A stretch of 64,000 bases of DNA from Spirochaetia bacterium (lineage in GTDB: Bacteria > Spirochaetota > Spirochaetia > UBA9216): assembly GCA_963677925.2 (NCBI GenBank), contig CAXXYH010000004.1:1440001-1504000 (forward strand). Reading direction: 5' to 3'. Made by a program: the position numbers and the translations under genes. This document shows, one piece after another, positions 28,382 through 36,941 of the stretch (within the stretch, counting starts at the first letter, position 1; each line of letters starts with the position of its first letter). The notes beneath the pieces are model-generated. The model saw only the letters and a program-made list of their open reading frames with translations, was not told the origin of the DNA and did not search any database.

Positions 28382-30670
28382 ATGAATGGAAGAAGAGATA
28401 ATATTGATCTTATTGTAAGTACAGCTGAGCTTGCCTCGGTTTTTGATAAAAAAAGCAGTCTTTCAAACCTTCTGCAGGATATTGTAGAGATGGTTGCGGA
28501 GCATATGAGTGCTGACGTATGCTCCATTTATTTATATGATAAAAAATCTGAAGAACTCGTATTACGTGCAACAGTAGGCCTGTCTCCCACATCGATCGGA
28601 GCCGTAAGACTCAAGATGGGTGAGGGGATAACAGGAACTGCCCTTCAGGAACTGAGACCGATCAGAGAAGCCAGTGCATCAAAAAATCCGAATTTTAAAT
28701 TTTTCCAGGACATATACGAGGAACAGTTTGAAGCCTTTCTTGCTGTGCCCATACGAAAAGGTCTTAACAGAATTGGTGTAATTACAATTCAGCACCGTGA
28801 ACCGAACTACTTCAGCCGTCGTGATACTGCTGCCCTGAAGGCTATTGCGTCACAGCTTGCTGCTTCAATTGAAAACTCAGAATGGCTGATGAGTCTTTCT
28901 GCTGCCAAAAAAGATCTTTCAAGTGAATTTTACAATCTGAGTATAAGGGGAACGGGAGCTTCAGCAGGAACTGTCCGGGGAGAAGCCTTTCTTCTTAATG
29001 TCAGAAGGGCTCAGAGTAATGTGAGCTATCAGTCTCTTGTTCCCGGTGATGAACTGCAGAGCTGCAGGGACAGTGAAGATGATACCTGCTGTACGGATGT
29101 TAATCTCACAGCCTTTGACAGAGCCCTTGAGCTTTCAATGAACCAGCTTGAAGAGCTTCAGTCTTCTATTGATGAATCTCTTGCAGATGTTGCGGGAATG
29201 ATATTCACCGCACACTTTCTGATGCTCCGGGATGATAATTTTACCGGCCAGATGAGGCAGCTGATTGAAGCCGGTTTCAAGGCTGATGAATCTGTCCGAA
29301 GGATTGTCTCGCAGTATTCCGATATTTTTGAGAAATCCGACCTTCCCGGGATACAGGAAAAGGTACAGGATCTACGTGATCTTGAACACCGTCTTCTGGC
29401 CAACCTTTACGGAGAATCGCTTGATCACGCGGATTATTCTCATAATATAGTGATAGCCGAAGACATTTTTCCCTCTGAACTGGTTAAGATCTGGCTGCAG
29501 CGTTCACAGGGGCTTGTTCTCTACGGAACGGGCATTACTGCTCATATTTCCATTCTTGCAAGATCTCTGGGTTTTCCCATGCTCATTACCGGAGACCGCC
29601 GTGTTCTTTCCATTCCGGGCGGTTCCGAGCTTTTTATGGATACCCGCATGGGACTGTTACATGTTAATCCGTCCCGGGATATTGTGGAAAGTTATGCGAC
29701 AAGGCTTGGTAAAAAAGCTTTTGAAGATTTCTCTGCAATACCGGAGCAGACATTTACTGCTGACGGTGAGCGGATTATGGTTTTTGCAAATATAAACATT
29801 ACTCATGATATTAAAACAGCAGTCAATGTTAAAGCTGAGGGTGTCGGTCTATACAGAAGCGAATTTCCCTTTATCATTAGAAACGAATTTCCTTCGGAAG
29901 AGGAACAGTGCCGCATCTACCGTAAAATACTGCAGCGTGCCGAAGGCCGTGAATGCATTCTCAGGACTCTTGATATCGGAGGCGATAAGATTCCCGGATA
30001 TGCATCCAACACTTCCGAGGCCAATCCCTTTCTGGGGTTCCGGGGAATACGCTTTTCACTCGGTCATCCTGAACTGTTTCAGGATCAGATACGTGCAATG
30101 TTGAGGGCTGGAGACGGATTCAAACTTAAGATTATGTTTCCCATGGTGTCAAGTGTTGATGAATTCCTGGAGGCTAAGGAGCTTGTCGAAAAGTGCATAG
30201 ATTTTCTGAAAAATGACGGGGCTCCTGCAAACCTAAGTCCGGAACTGGGTGCAATGGTTGAGCTCCCGGCAGCAGTTGAGGCTATCGACGATCTTGCCGA
30301 AGCTGCGGATTTTCTGAGCATAGGCACCAACGATCTTATCATGTACACTCTGGCCGTTGACCGTACAAATGAAATGGTCAGGGGCATGTTCAAGCCCTGT
30401 CATCCCGCTATTCTTCGTTCACTGAAAAGGATTACCGAGGGAGCTCTTGCTGCCGGGACGGAACTTTCAGTCTGCGGCGAGGCGGCAGGTGAACCCGGAA
30501 TATTAAAATATCTTATAGGCTTGGGTATTAGAAAAGTAAGTGTAGACCCACTGCGGATTCCCGAACTGAAAAACATGATTTCAGGCTGGACACTTGATGA
30601 CTGTAATGCCTTCATGTCTCAGGCCCTCTACGCAAAAACCGTTAAAGAAGCCGAAGCTCTCTTCAAATAA
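28382..30670 (+). CDS. ptsP: Phosphoenolpyruvate-protein phosphotransferase with N-terminal GAF domain (EI-Ntr type)
   Basis: GAF (DVCSIYL..LVLRATVGL..GEGITG), active-site TAHISILARS, GLYRSEF, RTLDIGGDK, SIGTNDL. Confidence 0.92.
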   Translation: MNGRRDNIDLIVSTAELASVFDKKSSLSNLLQDIVEMVAEHMSADVCSIYLYDKKSEELVLRATVGLSPTSIGAVRLKMGEGITGTALQELRPIREASASKNPNFKFFQDIYEEQFEAFLAVPIRKGLNRIGVITIQHREPNYFSRRDTAALKAIASQLAASIENSEWLMSLSAAKKDLSSEFYNLSIRGTGASAGTVRGEAFLLNVRRAQSNVSYQSLVPGDELQSCRDSEDDTCCTDVNLTAFDRALELSMNQLEELQSSIDESLADVAGMIFTAHFLMLRDDNFTGQMRQLIEAGFKADESVRRIVSQYSDIFEKSDLPGIQEKVQDLRDLEHRLLANLYGESLDHADYSHNIVIAEDIFPSELVKIWLQRSQGLVLYGTGITAHISILARSLGFPMLITGDRRVLSIPGGSELFMDTRMGLLHVNPSRDIVESYATRLGKKAFEDFSAIPEQTFTADGERIMVFANINITHDIKTAVNVKAEGVGLYRSEFPFIIRNEFPSEEEQCRIYRKILQRAEGRECILRTLDIGGDKIPGYASNTSEANPFLGFRGIRFSLGHPELFQDQIRAMLRAGDGFKLKIMFPMVSSVDEFLEAKELVEKCIDFLKNDGAPANLSPELGAMVELPAAVEAIDDLAEAADFLSIGTNDLIMYTLAVDRTNEMVRGMFKPCHPAILRSLKRITEGALAAGTELSVCGEAAGEPGILKYLIGLGIRKVSVDPLRIPELKNMISGWTLDDCNAFMSQALYAKTVKEAEALFK

Positions 30671-30679
30671 TGTCTATAT

Positions 30680-30714
30680 AAAAGAAAAGACAGGCTGCTG
30701 ACAACAGCCTGTCT
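30680..30714 (-). terminator. Intrinsic terminator on minus strand
   Basis: AGACAGGCTG-N7-CAGCCTGTCT stem; minus-strand tail TTTCTTTT. Confidence 0.75.
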
Positions 30715-30752
30715 CAGGAGGAGAGAGGGTCGGATGGACTCAATAAGAATTC

Positions 30753-30917
30753 CTACCCGTAAAGTGTAAATCCCATGGCGGGGTATTCAGGAATTCCTTC
30801 TTTAGAACTTTTAAATTTTCTATATTTCTCAGGATCACCATGAAATGGAGAACTACCAACGAAAGGCATTAACAAGCTGTGTTCAAGACGTTCTTTCATT
30901 CTATCTTTATCAGTCAT
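30753..30917 (-). CDS. Small hypothetical protein, 54 aa (below ORF-track cutoff)
   Basis: GGAGG RBS then ATG; MTDKDRMKERLEHSLLMPFVGSSPFHGDPEKYRKFKSSKEGIPEYPAMGFTLYG*; flanked by its own promoter and terminator. Confidence 0.7.
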   Translation of the reverse strand: MTDKDRMKERLEHSLLMPFVGSSPFHGDPEKYRKFKSSKEGIPEYPAMGFTLYG

Positions 30918-30951
30918 AACTAACCTCCGTATACCTGATTTCTATATGTAT

Positions 30952-30980
30952 AATATAGTTAGTTATGACTAATATGTCAA
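30952..30980 (-). promoter_or_regulatory. sigma70-type promoter of the small gene, with operator-like palindrome in the spacer
   Basis: TTGACA-N17-TATATT; near-palindrome TTAGTTATGACTAA at 30959-30972. Confidence 0.75.
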
Positions 30981-31000
30981 GAAAAAACTTACAAAAATTG

Positions 31001-32284
31001 TCAGGAATTATTTTCGCTGCAGGAGCATGCCTGATTTGCACCCCAGAACCTGGTGATCAGATCTAAAAGCTTCTCCTCGAGCACTTCATATGAATAGAAG
31101 CATTTTGCCAGTTCAAAGTTGGTTTCGACCATCTTTTCCCGCTTTTCTTTGTTTGTCAGAATTTCCTTAACACGCCTTACAGTTTCATCTGTGATAAAGT
31201 CATCCATTTCTATCACATCAAAGCCCTTGGGTTTAATATCGGTGAAGTAAATGGAATAATTGTTGACGAGTATAGGTTTCTTAAAATACAGGGTCTCAAG
31301 GAATGCATTTCCGAAGCCTTCGATAAGTGAGGGGTAGGTCACAAAATCTGCATGCGGATAAATGTCCTGCAGGGTGTAGATCTTTTTACCGTCCTTTATC
31401 TCACGTTTTTCAGCAATGAGATCGGATACGAATATGGCTTTGATTTTCATCAGGTTCGCATATTCCCTAACTCGGTTTTCATATTCATGGCCTTCATCAC
31501 CTGATGCATGTGAGATTACGAATACCGCTTTTTCACCCAGCCTGCTTACCAGTTCTATAGCATGCTCAATACCCTTTCGCTGAACTACCCTGGTCGGCTG
31601 CAGAACAAGTATCTCATCATCACTTATACCGAGAGCTGTCCTCATATCCTTATTATAGTCGTCTATTCCCGGTGCAGGCTTGTTGAAATCCATGACATTA
31701 GGGATCAGGGTAGATGAAATTCCGGTGCGCAGTGCCAGCTGATTCTGGCCGGATGTATTGATAACAACATGCTCAATTGAAGGCAGATGCGGTGGGAAGG
31801 CCATATTGAAGTAGTCCCATACACAGTTTCGGAGGAATCTCTTTCTTTCCCAGAAAAAGTCATGGTGATGGGCAATTGTTTTTATTCCGGTTTCACCGAT
31901 CATTTCAGTAATAGCCAGAGCGAGTGATATATTCAGCGGGATAGTTACTGCATTCTGGGGAATAAGAAGATCAATATTGAATTTTTCTACAAACTGATAG
32001 AGTTCTTCTTTTATGCGTTTTCTGTAATGATGAATCTTTGCTGTGAGTTCCGGATCTCTTACCGAGCGTCCGTATATTTTTTTGTTTATTTCTTCTATAA
32101 CAGGATTTTTAAAATGTGCGTATTTGGATACAAAGGATCTTTCGGCAGGTGTGTCCAGTTCTTCCGCAAAGTAATAGCAGGTCCATCCGTTTCTCTCAAA
32201 AACATCAGCCCATTTTGCAATTTCCAGGCTTACTCCATCTGTTCCTGCTATCCGGAAAGAAACAAATCCCACATTCTTCTGCAT
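31001..32284 (-). CDS. GT4 glycosyltransferase, mannosylglucosylglycerate synthase (MggS)-like
   Basis: RIAGTDGVSLEIAKW, HHHDFFWER, QPTRVVQRKGIE, YPSLIEGFGNAFLE. Confidence 0.8.
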   Translation of the reverse strand: MQKNVGFVSFRIAGTDGVSLEIAKWADVFERNGWTCYYFAEELDTPAERSFVSKYAHFKNPVIEEINKKIYGRSVRDPELTAKIHHYRKRIKEELYQFVEKFNIDLLIPQNAVTIPLNISLALAITEMIGETGIKTIAHHHDFFWERKRFLRNCVWDYFNMAFPPHLPSIEHVVINTSGQNQLALRTGISSTLIPNVMDFNKPAPGIDDYNKDMRTALGISDDEILVLQPTRVVQRKGIEHAIELVSRLGEKAVFVISHASGDEGHEYENRVREYANLMKIKAIFVSDLIAEKREIKDGKKIYTLQDIYPHADFVTYPSLIEGFGNAFLETLYFKKPILVNNYSIYFTDIKPKGFDVIEMDDFITDETVRRVKEILTNKEKREKMVETNFELAKCFYSYEVLEEKLLDLITRFWGANQACSCSENNS

Positions 32285-32294
32285 AAAAAACTCC

Positions 32295-33398
32295 TTAGTC
32301 TTCTTTTATAGGCTCTTCAGTCACGCTCCCGGTTATATGTATTTCGGCCCGTCTGTTCAGATATTGTTTATCTTTTTCCATGGTTACAGGCCGTGCTGCT
32401 CCATATCCTTCGATCTTTGCATCGGTTGGAACCTTCCATACTGAAAGCAAGAATTCTCTTGTATTGGCTGCCCTGGCTTCACTAAGCTCAACTCGCCCGC
32501 TTTCTGTTCCAAACCTTGCACAATGTCCGGTGATATCAATCCTTATCATATCAAGGTCGGTATTGTTCCCGGTAGGTAACTGTTTTACAAATTCAATTAT
32601 CTTATTCCTGGCCTCTGCTGTCAAATCTGCATTATCCGGCAGGAAATTTACGGTGAGCTGTTTGTCAATTACGATTGTTACAGGCACAGGAGGGGCCGGT
32701 TCCGGAGCCGGTGCGGATGTTTCTATTGGTTCTGATTCTGTGATTGCAGGTTCTTCTTCAGTTTTTTCAGGTAGAGTCTGCTGCCGGCTGATCTGAGGTG
32801 CTTTATCAGTCTTTTGATCTGCAGGTTTTGGTATTTCTGGTTTTGAGATTTCCGGCCTGGTTTCTGAGGGTTTTATTTCCTCAGTTCTCCGCTCAGATAT
32901 ATCAGGCTGAGTGCGGACTGCTGTTTCTGATACCGAACTGCGGTTTCTTCCTGCTGAAAAAATACTGTCGGAAGAAAAAATACTTAATGGGCTGACAGGC
33001 AGAAAAAAAAGTGCAAAGAGAAGCAGAATTATGACAGCGGCAATTGAGACCGGAATAAGAACCGAGCTGTCTTTTTTTACAGCTTCCTTTGGAATTTTTA
33101 CTGTGGATTTACGGATAAACCTGTTGTTCAGATAAATACTGTAGTTCATCCGTCTTTTTACAAGTTCAGATTCTACCGATATAAGAGGTTCACCGGCCTT
33201 TGCAGGCGGGATATTGTTTATAGTCTCGGAAATTAGTCTGAGTTTTCTGGATTCGGTTTTCACGTAGAAATTCAGAACAGCGGTATGCTGATAATCTGAA
33301 AGTGTAGTGAGATTGAGTCTGGACTTACCCTTTTCGTCAGGCGAGTGCATCCAGGCTACATGATTATTATCAATCTCAATCCCTATTAGGAAGCTCAT
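32295..33398 (-). CDS. OmpA-family peptidoglycan-binding protein with N-terminal Hsp70-SBD-like domain
   Basis: LTTLSDYQ...NIPPAKAGEP, one TM helix, Pro/Glu linker, ITGH...LSEARA...GYGAARP...NRRAEI. Confidence 0.75.
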   Translation of the reverse strand: MSFLIGIEIDNNHVAWMHSPDEKGKSRLNLTTLSDYQHTAVLNFYVKTESRKLRLISETINNIPPAKAGEPLISVESELVKRRMNYSIYLNNRFIRKSTVKIPKEAVKKDSSVLIPVSIAAVIILLLFALFFLPVSPLSIFSSDSIFSAGRNRSSVSETAVRTQPDISERRTEEIKPSETRPEISKPEIPKPADQKTDKAPQISRQQTLPEKTEEEPAITESEPIETSAPAPEPAPPVPVTIVIDKQLTVNFLPDNADLTAEARNKIIEFVKQLPTGNNTDLDMIRIDITGHCARFGTESGRVELSEARAANTREFLLSVWKVPTDAKIEGYGAARPVTMEKDKQYLNRRAEIHITGSVTEEPIKED

Positions 33399-33447
33399 AA
33401 CTTAATTTTAATACGATATCGATTTATATCAAGAAAAAAAATCCGGC

Positions 33448-33870
33448 TTAGACTTTAGCAAGGTTTTTTTCAATTATATCTTTTATTGTAAGCTCTCTGA
33501 AATATTCATTGATATGATCGCTTATATCATTCCAGATTGTGTAGGCCTTACAATTTTCGGTTCGGTCACAGTCTTTTTTACAGTCGTCTGTCGAGCAGGG
33601 TGTCAGCATAACAGGTTCTCCGACTGATATAAGTAAATCTTCCAATGTTATCTGATCGATTGGTCTTGAAAGACTGAATCCGCCTCCCGGTCCCCTTGTA
33701 GACTTAATCAGCCCTGATTTTTTCATTTTATAAAAAATCTGCTCAAGGAACTCCGGTGAAATATCTTCTTCGGCGGCAATTGAGCTGATTGAAACAGGTT
33801 TTCCGTCTTCCTGCTCCGCCAGTTTCAGGATTGCCCGTAATCCGTATCTTCCCTTAGTTGTTATTCTCAT
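33448..33870 (-). CDS. Rrf2-family transcriptional regulator
   Basis: MRITTKGRYGLRA, FLEQI, STRGPGGGF, Cys cluster; RBS AAGGAG. Confidence 0.92.
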   Translation of the reverse strand: MRITTKGRYGLRAILKLAEQEDGKPVSISSIAAEEDISPEFLEQIFYKMKKSGLIKSTRGPGGGFSLSRPIDQITLEDLLISVGEPVMLTPCSTDDCKKDCDRTENCKAYTIWNDISDHINEYFRELTIKDIIEKNLAKV

Positions 33871-33948
33871 TTGAAAAGTCTCCTTAGCCTGACCTTTTTA
33901 GATTATGAAAAATTATAAGGTAATAAGTCCAAATAATAAAGGTATTAT

Positions 33949-35106
33949 TTATCGGTTTGGTCGGGATTTTAGCACCATTACTCTGAATCCGCGGTATTTT
34001 CTGCTGAAAATAATGCTGAAACTGCCTTTCACCCTTTCAATTTTTGCCATATCTGAACTTTTGCCGGCGATGATCAATTTTCCGCCCGGAGAAAGTATTT
34101 TTAAGGATGTTTCAATTATTTCAGCTTCCGCATCTGCTCCCGGCACAAATAACGGAACAGCAGCGATTTCCTTTATGCTGCCTTCAAACCCCGGGTACGT
34201 TGAAAATTCAGAGTATACAGGAAGATGGAGGTTTGATGATTTACGTTCTCCAAGATTAAAGGCAGCTGCCTTTAACTGGAGAAGATCGTTTCCGGCAAGT
34301 ATAATTTCGGCGTTCTCCGTACCGTTCAGGGCTGAATAAGCTGATGTAATATGACCCTGACCTGGGTTCCAGAACAGGATTTTACCTGTCCTTGCTGAAT
34401 CCTTTAATGTATCAATAAGGAGTTCCGAAGCATAGGAAACCGAGTCGAATTCGGGAAGTCCGTAAAAGCCCGTGTAACCGCTTTCAGAAACAGTTCGGCC
34501 GTAAAGTTTTTCAAAGGAAAGCGTCCGGGTCCTTTTTCGGGACGCGTCCGCAGGTTTGAAATGAAATACAGAATACTGCGGGGTTTTCTCGCTGTGGAGC
34601 AGTTCAGCTCCGCAAGCCTTGATTTCATTCTCTGTAAAATCACTCAGCGGCTCAACTATTACAACTGCTGCAATTCCGTCCTTGTTAAGGTGATAGCCGC
34701 AGTTATGAATGAAATCAGCTATAACCGGATTTCCGGCCTTCGCAGGAATATTGGATAGAATAAGATCGTAGCTGCCGTCCTGCTTTTCTTCAGATTCTAG
34801 GCTGCCTGGAAGAAGACCGGGAATTATTCTGATTCCGTCTGCAGGAATTCCGTTGAGTTTTGAGTTCATAGAGGTGAACTTCAGGGCAAGAGCATCGCGA
34901 TCGGATGCTGTAACCTGAAGAAGGGGAAATCTCTTTTTAAGACTTACTGCAATGACTCCGGTGCCGCAGCCGGAATCAAGGATGGAAGCATAATTTTCAG
35001 GATTCAGATGCTGGGCTACTGTTTTTAAAAGCAGCATTGTTCCGGCATCGATACTGAAGCTGCTGAACAGTCCATGAGAGAGATAAAAACGCAGCTTCTC
35101 TCCCAT
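33949..35106 (-). CDS. Class I SAM-dependent methyltransferase (RsmC/MTS-like)
   Basis: GLFSSFSIDAGT, LDSGCGTG, YDLILSNIP; exact start uncertain. Confidence 0.75.
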   Translation of the reverse strand: MGEKLRFYLSHGLFSSFSIDAGTMLLLKTVAQHLNPENYASILDSGCGTGVIAVSLKKRFPLLQVTASDRDALALKFTSMNSKLNGIPADGIRIIPGLLPGSLESEEKQDGSYDLILSNIPAKAGNPVIADFIHNCGYHLNKDGIAAVVIVEPLSDFTENEIKACGAELLHSEKTPQYSVFHFKPADASRKRTRTLSFEKLYGRTVSESGYTGFYGLPEFDSVSYASELLIDTLKDSARTGKILFWNPGQGHITSAYSALNGTENAEIILAGNDLLQLKAAAFNLGERKSSNLHLPVYSEFSTYPGFEGSIKEIAAVPLFVPGADAEAEIIETSLKILSPGGKLIIAGKSSDMAKIERVKGSFSIIFSRKYRGFRVMVLKSRPNR

Positions 35107-35150
35107 AAACTTTGATTCAGCTATCCGGTTAATGTATTTGTTGTCGAACT

Positions 35151-35717
35151 TTAGTTGTTTACCCGTTCTACATACTCCCCGGTTTCGGTGTTAACAAGAA
35201 TTCTTTCGCCCTGTTTGATGAAGATGGGTACTTTTACTTTAAGGCCTGTTTCAACTGTTACAACCTTGGTTGCACCTGTTACAGTATCGCCCTTGAGGGC
35301 TTCAGCAGCCTCGGTTACTTCATATACGACTTTGTATGGAATCTTGATATCAATCGGTTTTCCATCGTAGATGATTACCTTGTAGGTTTCACCGTCTTTC
35401 ATGTAGAGACCCTGCTCCTGCATGGTGACAACCGGAATTTCAAACTGATCGAAGGTCTCATTGTCCATGAAGTGGTAGTTTTCACCGTCCGAGTAGAGGT
35501 ACTGACAGTCTTTGTCTTCGACTGTAATATCTTCAACGTTGTCCTGGCTTTTCATTGTTTCTTTGAGAACAGAACCGTCAATCAGGTTCTTCAGTTTCAG
35601 CCTGACGAAGGCTGAGCCCTTACCGGGGTTTACAAATTCCCTCTCTGCAACGAGGTAGGGGTATCCTTTCAGAAGGAGAAAGGTTCCTTTATCAATTTGT
35701 CCTGCTTTTATCATCAT
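35151..35717 (-). CDS. efp: Elongation factor P
   Basis: VNPGKGSAFVR loop, QYLY, KGDT, VPIFIKQGE, TGEYVER. Confidence 0.97.
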   Translation of the reverse strand: MMIKAGQIDKGTFLLLKGYPYLVAEREFVNPGKGSAFVRLKLKNLIDGSVLKETMKSQDNVEDITVEDKDCQYLYSDGENYHFMDNETFDQFEIPVVTMQEQGLYMKDGETYKVIIYDGKPIDIKIPYKVVYEVTEAAEALKGDTVTGATKVVTVETGLKVKVPIFIKQGERILVNTETGEYVERVNN

Positions 35718-35786
35718 ATGTCCTTTCAGAGAATTAAGAGGACACCGCGCAGGCCTGTTAAATAAGGCTGTAACGATGTCCGTAAA

Positions 35787-36824
35787 CTAAATTATAGCAG
35801 AAAAGGGGAACAAAATCACCCCCTCAAGCGATGAAGAATTAAGTATAAGCATGATAAGGCGGTCTATTCCCAGAGCCACTCCGGAGCAGTCTGGAAAGCC
35901 TTTTTTAAAGATTTCACACCATGTTTCATCAGCCTTAAGTGATACCAGTGCAGCTTCCTTCTCCCCGTTTTCTTTTCTGAAAAAATCAACAGCACGCTCA
36001 TAGTCAGTCTCTTCAGAGTAGCAGTTTGCAAGCTCAACACCGCCTGCATAAAGTTCCCACCTCTGCAGGCGTCCCGGGACCCGGGAGGGTTTTGCAAGTG
36101 TCGGGATCCCTGAAGGGTAGTCATAAAGAACAAGCGGTCTTTCTGAATCAAGATTTGGCTCTACAGAATGAACAAATATCAGGTTGAATAACTCTTCCCA
36201 GGTATCAGAGGCGCTGCAGCTCAGGCCGAGTCCGTCTGCCGCCTTAATCATGGCAGCCTTTTCTTCAGCTTCACTCATTCTGTCTGTACAGAAATCACTG
36301 ATATCAAAAGCTGCATGTTTTTTAAAGGCTTCAGTCATTGAAATTCTATTGAAGGGAGGGCGGAGCCATTCTGATTGTTTTCCAGTCTCAGGCCACTGCT
36401 CCTGCACAAAATCAAGAAGCCTCGAAAAAAGCTTCTCGGTGATCCGTATAGAATCTTCGGCATCTGCTTCCATAGTATAGTATTCGAGCATTGAGAACTC
36501 CGGGTTGTGTATGCGGCCAATCTGTTCGCTGTTTCTGAAACTCTTTGAAATATTGAAGATATCGCCGAATCCATCGGCTATCAGCTGTTTCAGGTAGTAC
36601 TCCGGCGATGGCAGCAGGTACATATCCTTTGATACTCCGTAGGGGTTCCGGTATTCTGTTTTAAAAAGTTCAATCGGTCCTTCGGGTATCACCGAAGGGG
36701 CCATCAGGGGCACATCGGCATCAAGGTAGCCTGCCTCAGTGAAGAAATTTCTGATAGCTGTAATGATCTGTGAACGTCGTCTGAGAAGCTCATATCTGCT
36801 GCTGTTTTTCTGTATTCCGGACAT
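35787..36824 (-). CDS. epmA: EF-P lysine aminoacylase EpmA (GenX/PoxA)
   Basis: LysRS catalytic domain without anticodon domain (SPEY, FRNSE..RIHNPEFSMLEYY, GVELAN, GVALGIDRL), adjacent to efp. Confidence 0.9.
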   Translation of the reverse strand: MSGIQKNSSRYELLRRRSQIITAIRNFFTEAGYLDADVPLMAPSVIPEGPIELFKTEYRNPYGVSKDMYLLPSPEYYLKQLIADGFGDIFNISKSFRNSEQIGRIHNPEFSMLEYYTMEADAEDSIRITEKLFSRLLDFVQEQWPETGKQSEWLRPPFNRISMTEAFKKHAAFDISDFCTDRMSEAEEKAAMIKAADGLGLSCSASDTWEELFNLIFVHSVEPNLDSERPLVLYDYPSGIPTLAKPSRVPGRLQRWELYAGGVELANCYSEETDYERAVDFFRKENGEKEAALVSLKADETWCEIFKKGFPDCSGVALGIDRLIMLILNSSSLEGVILFPFSAII

Positions 36825-36878
36825 ATTCCAATTGTAATAAAATTCGCATGTCTGTGTATACTCATAATGTAATTCTAA

Positions 36879-36907
36879 TTGACGGTGAATATTTCATTCT
36901 CTATCAT
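36879..36907 (+). promoter_or_regulatory. sigma70-type promoter of NfeD/flotillin operon
   Basis: TTGACG-N17-TATCAT; RBS AGGAG before 36942. Confidence 0.65.
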
Positions 36908-36941
36908 GTATTAAATATTAAAACAGTCAGGAGTTTGCAAA

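Noticed and set aside
30734-30769. Plus-strand 11-codon ORF (MDSIRIPTRKV) after AGGAGGAGAGAGGG
   Set aside because: No promoter seen, lies beyond a hairpin and antisense to a better-supported gene; the purine tract is better read as an anti-SD on the minus strand
30753-30917. Type I toxin-antitoxin locus
   Set aside because: The peptide has no hydrophobic TM helix and no convergent antitoxin promoter/terminator was found
35787-36824. Truncated lysS pseudogene
   Set aside because: Absence of the anticodon domain plus adjacency to efp is the normal EpmA architecture
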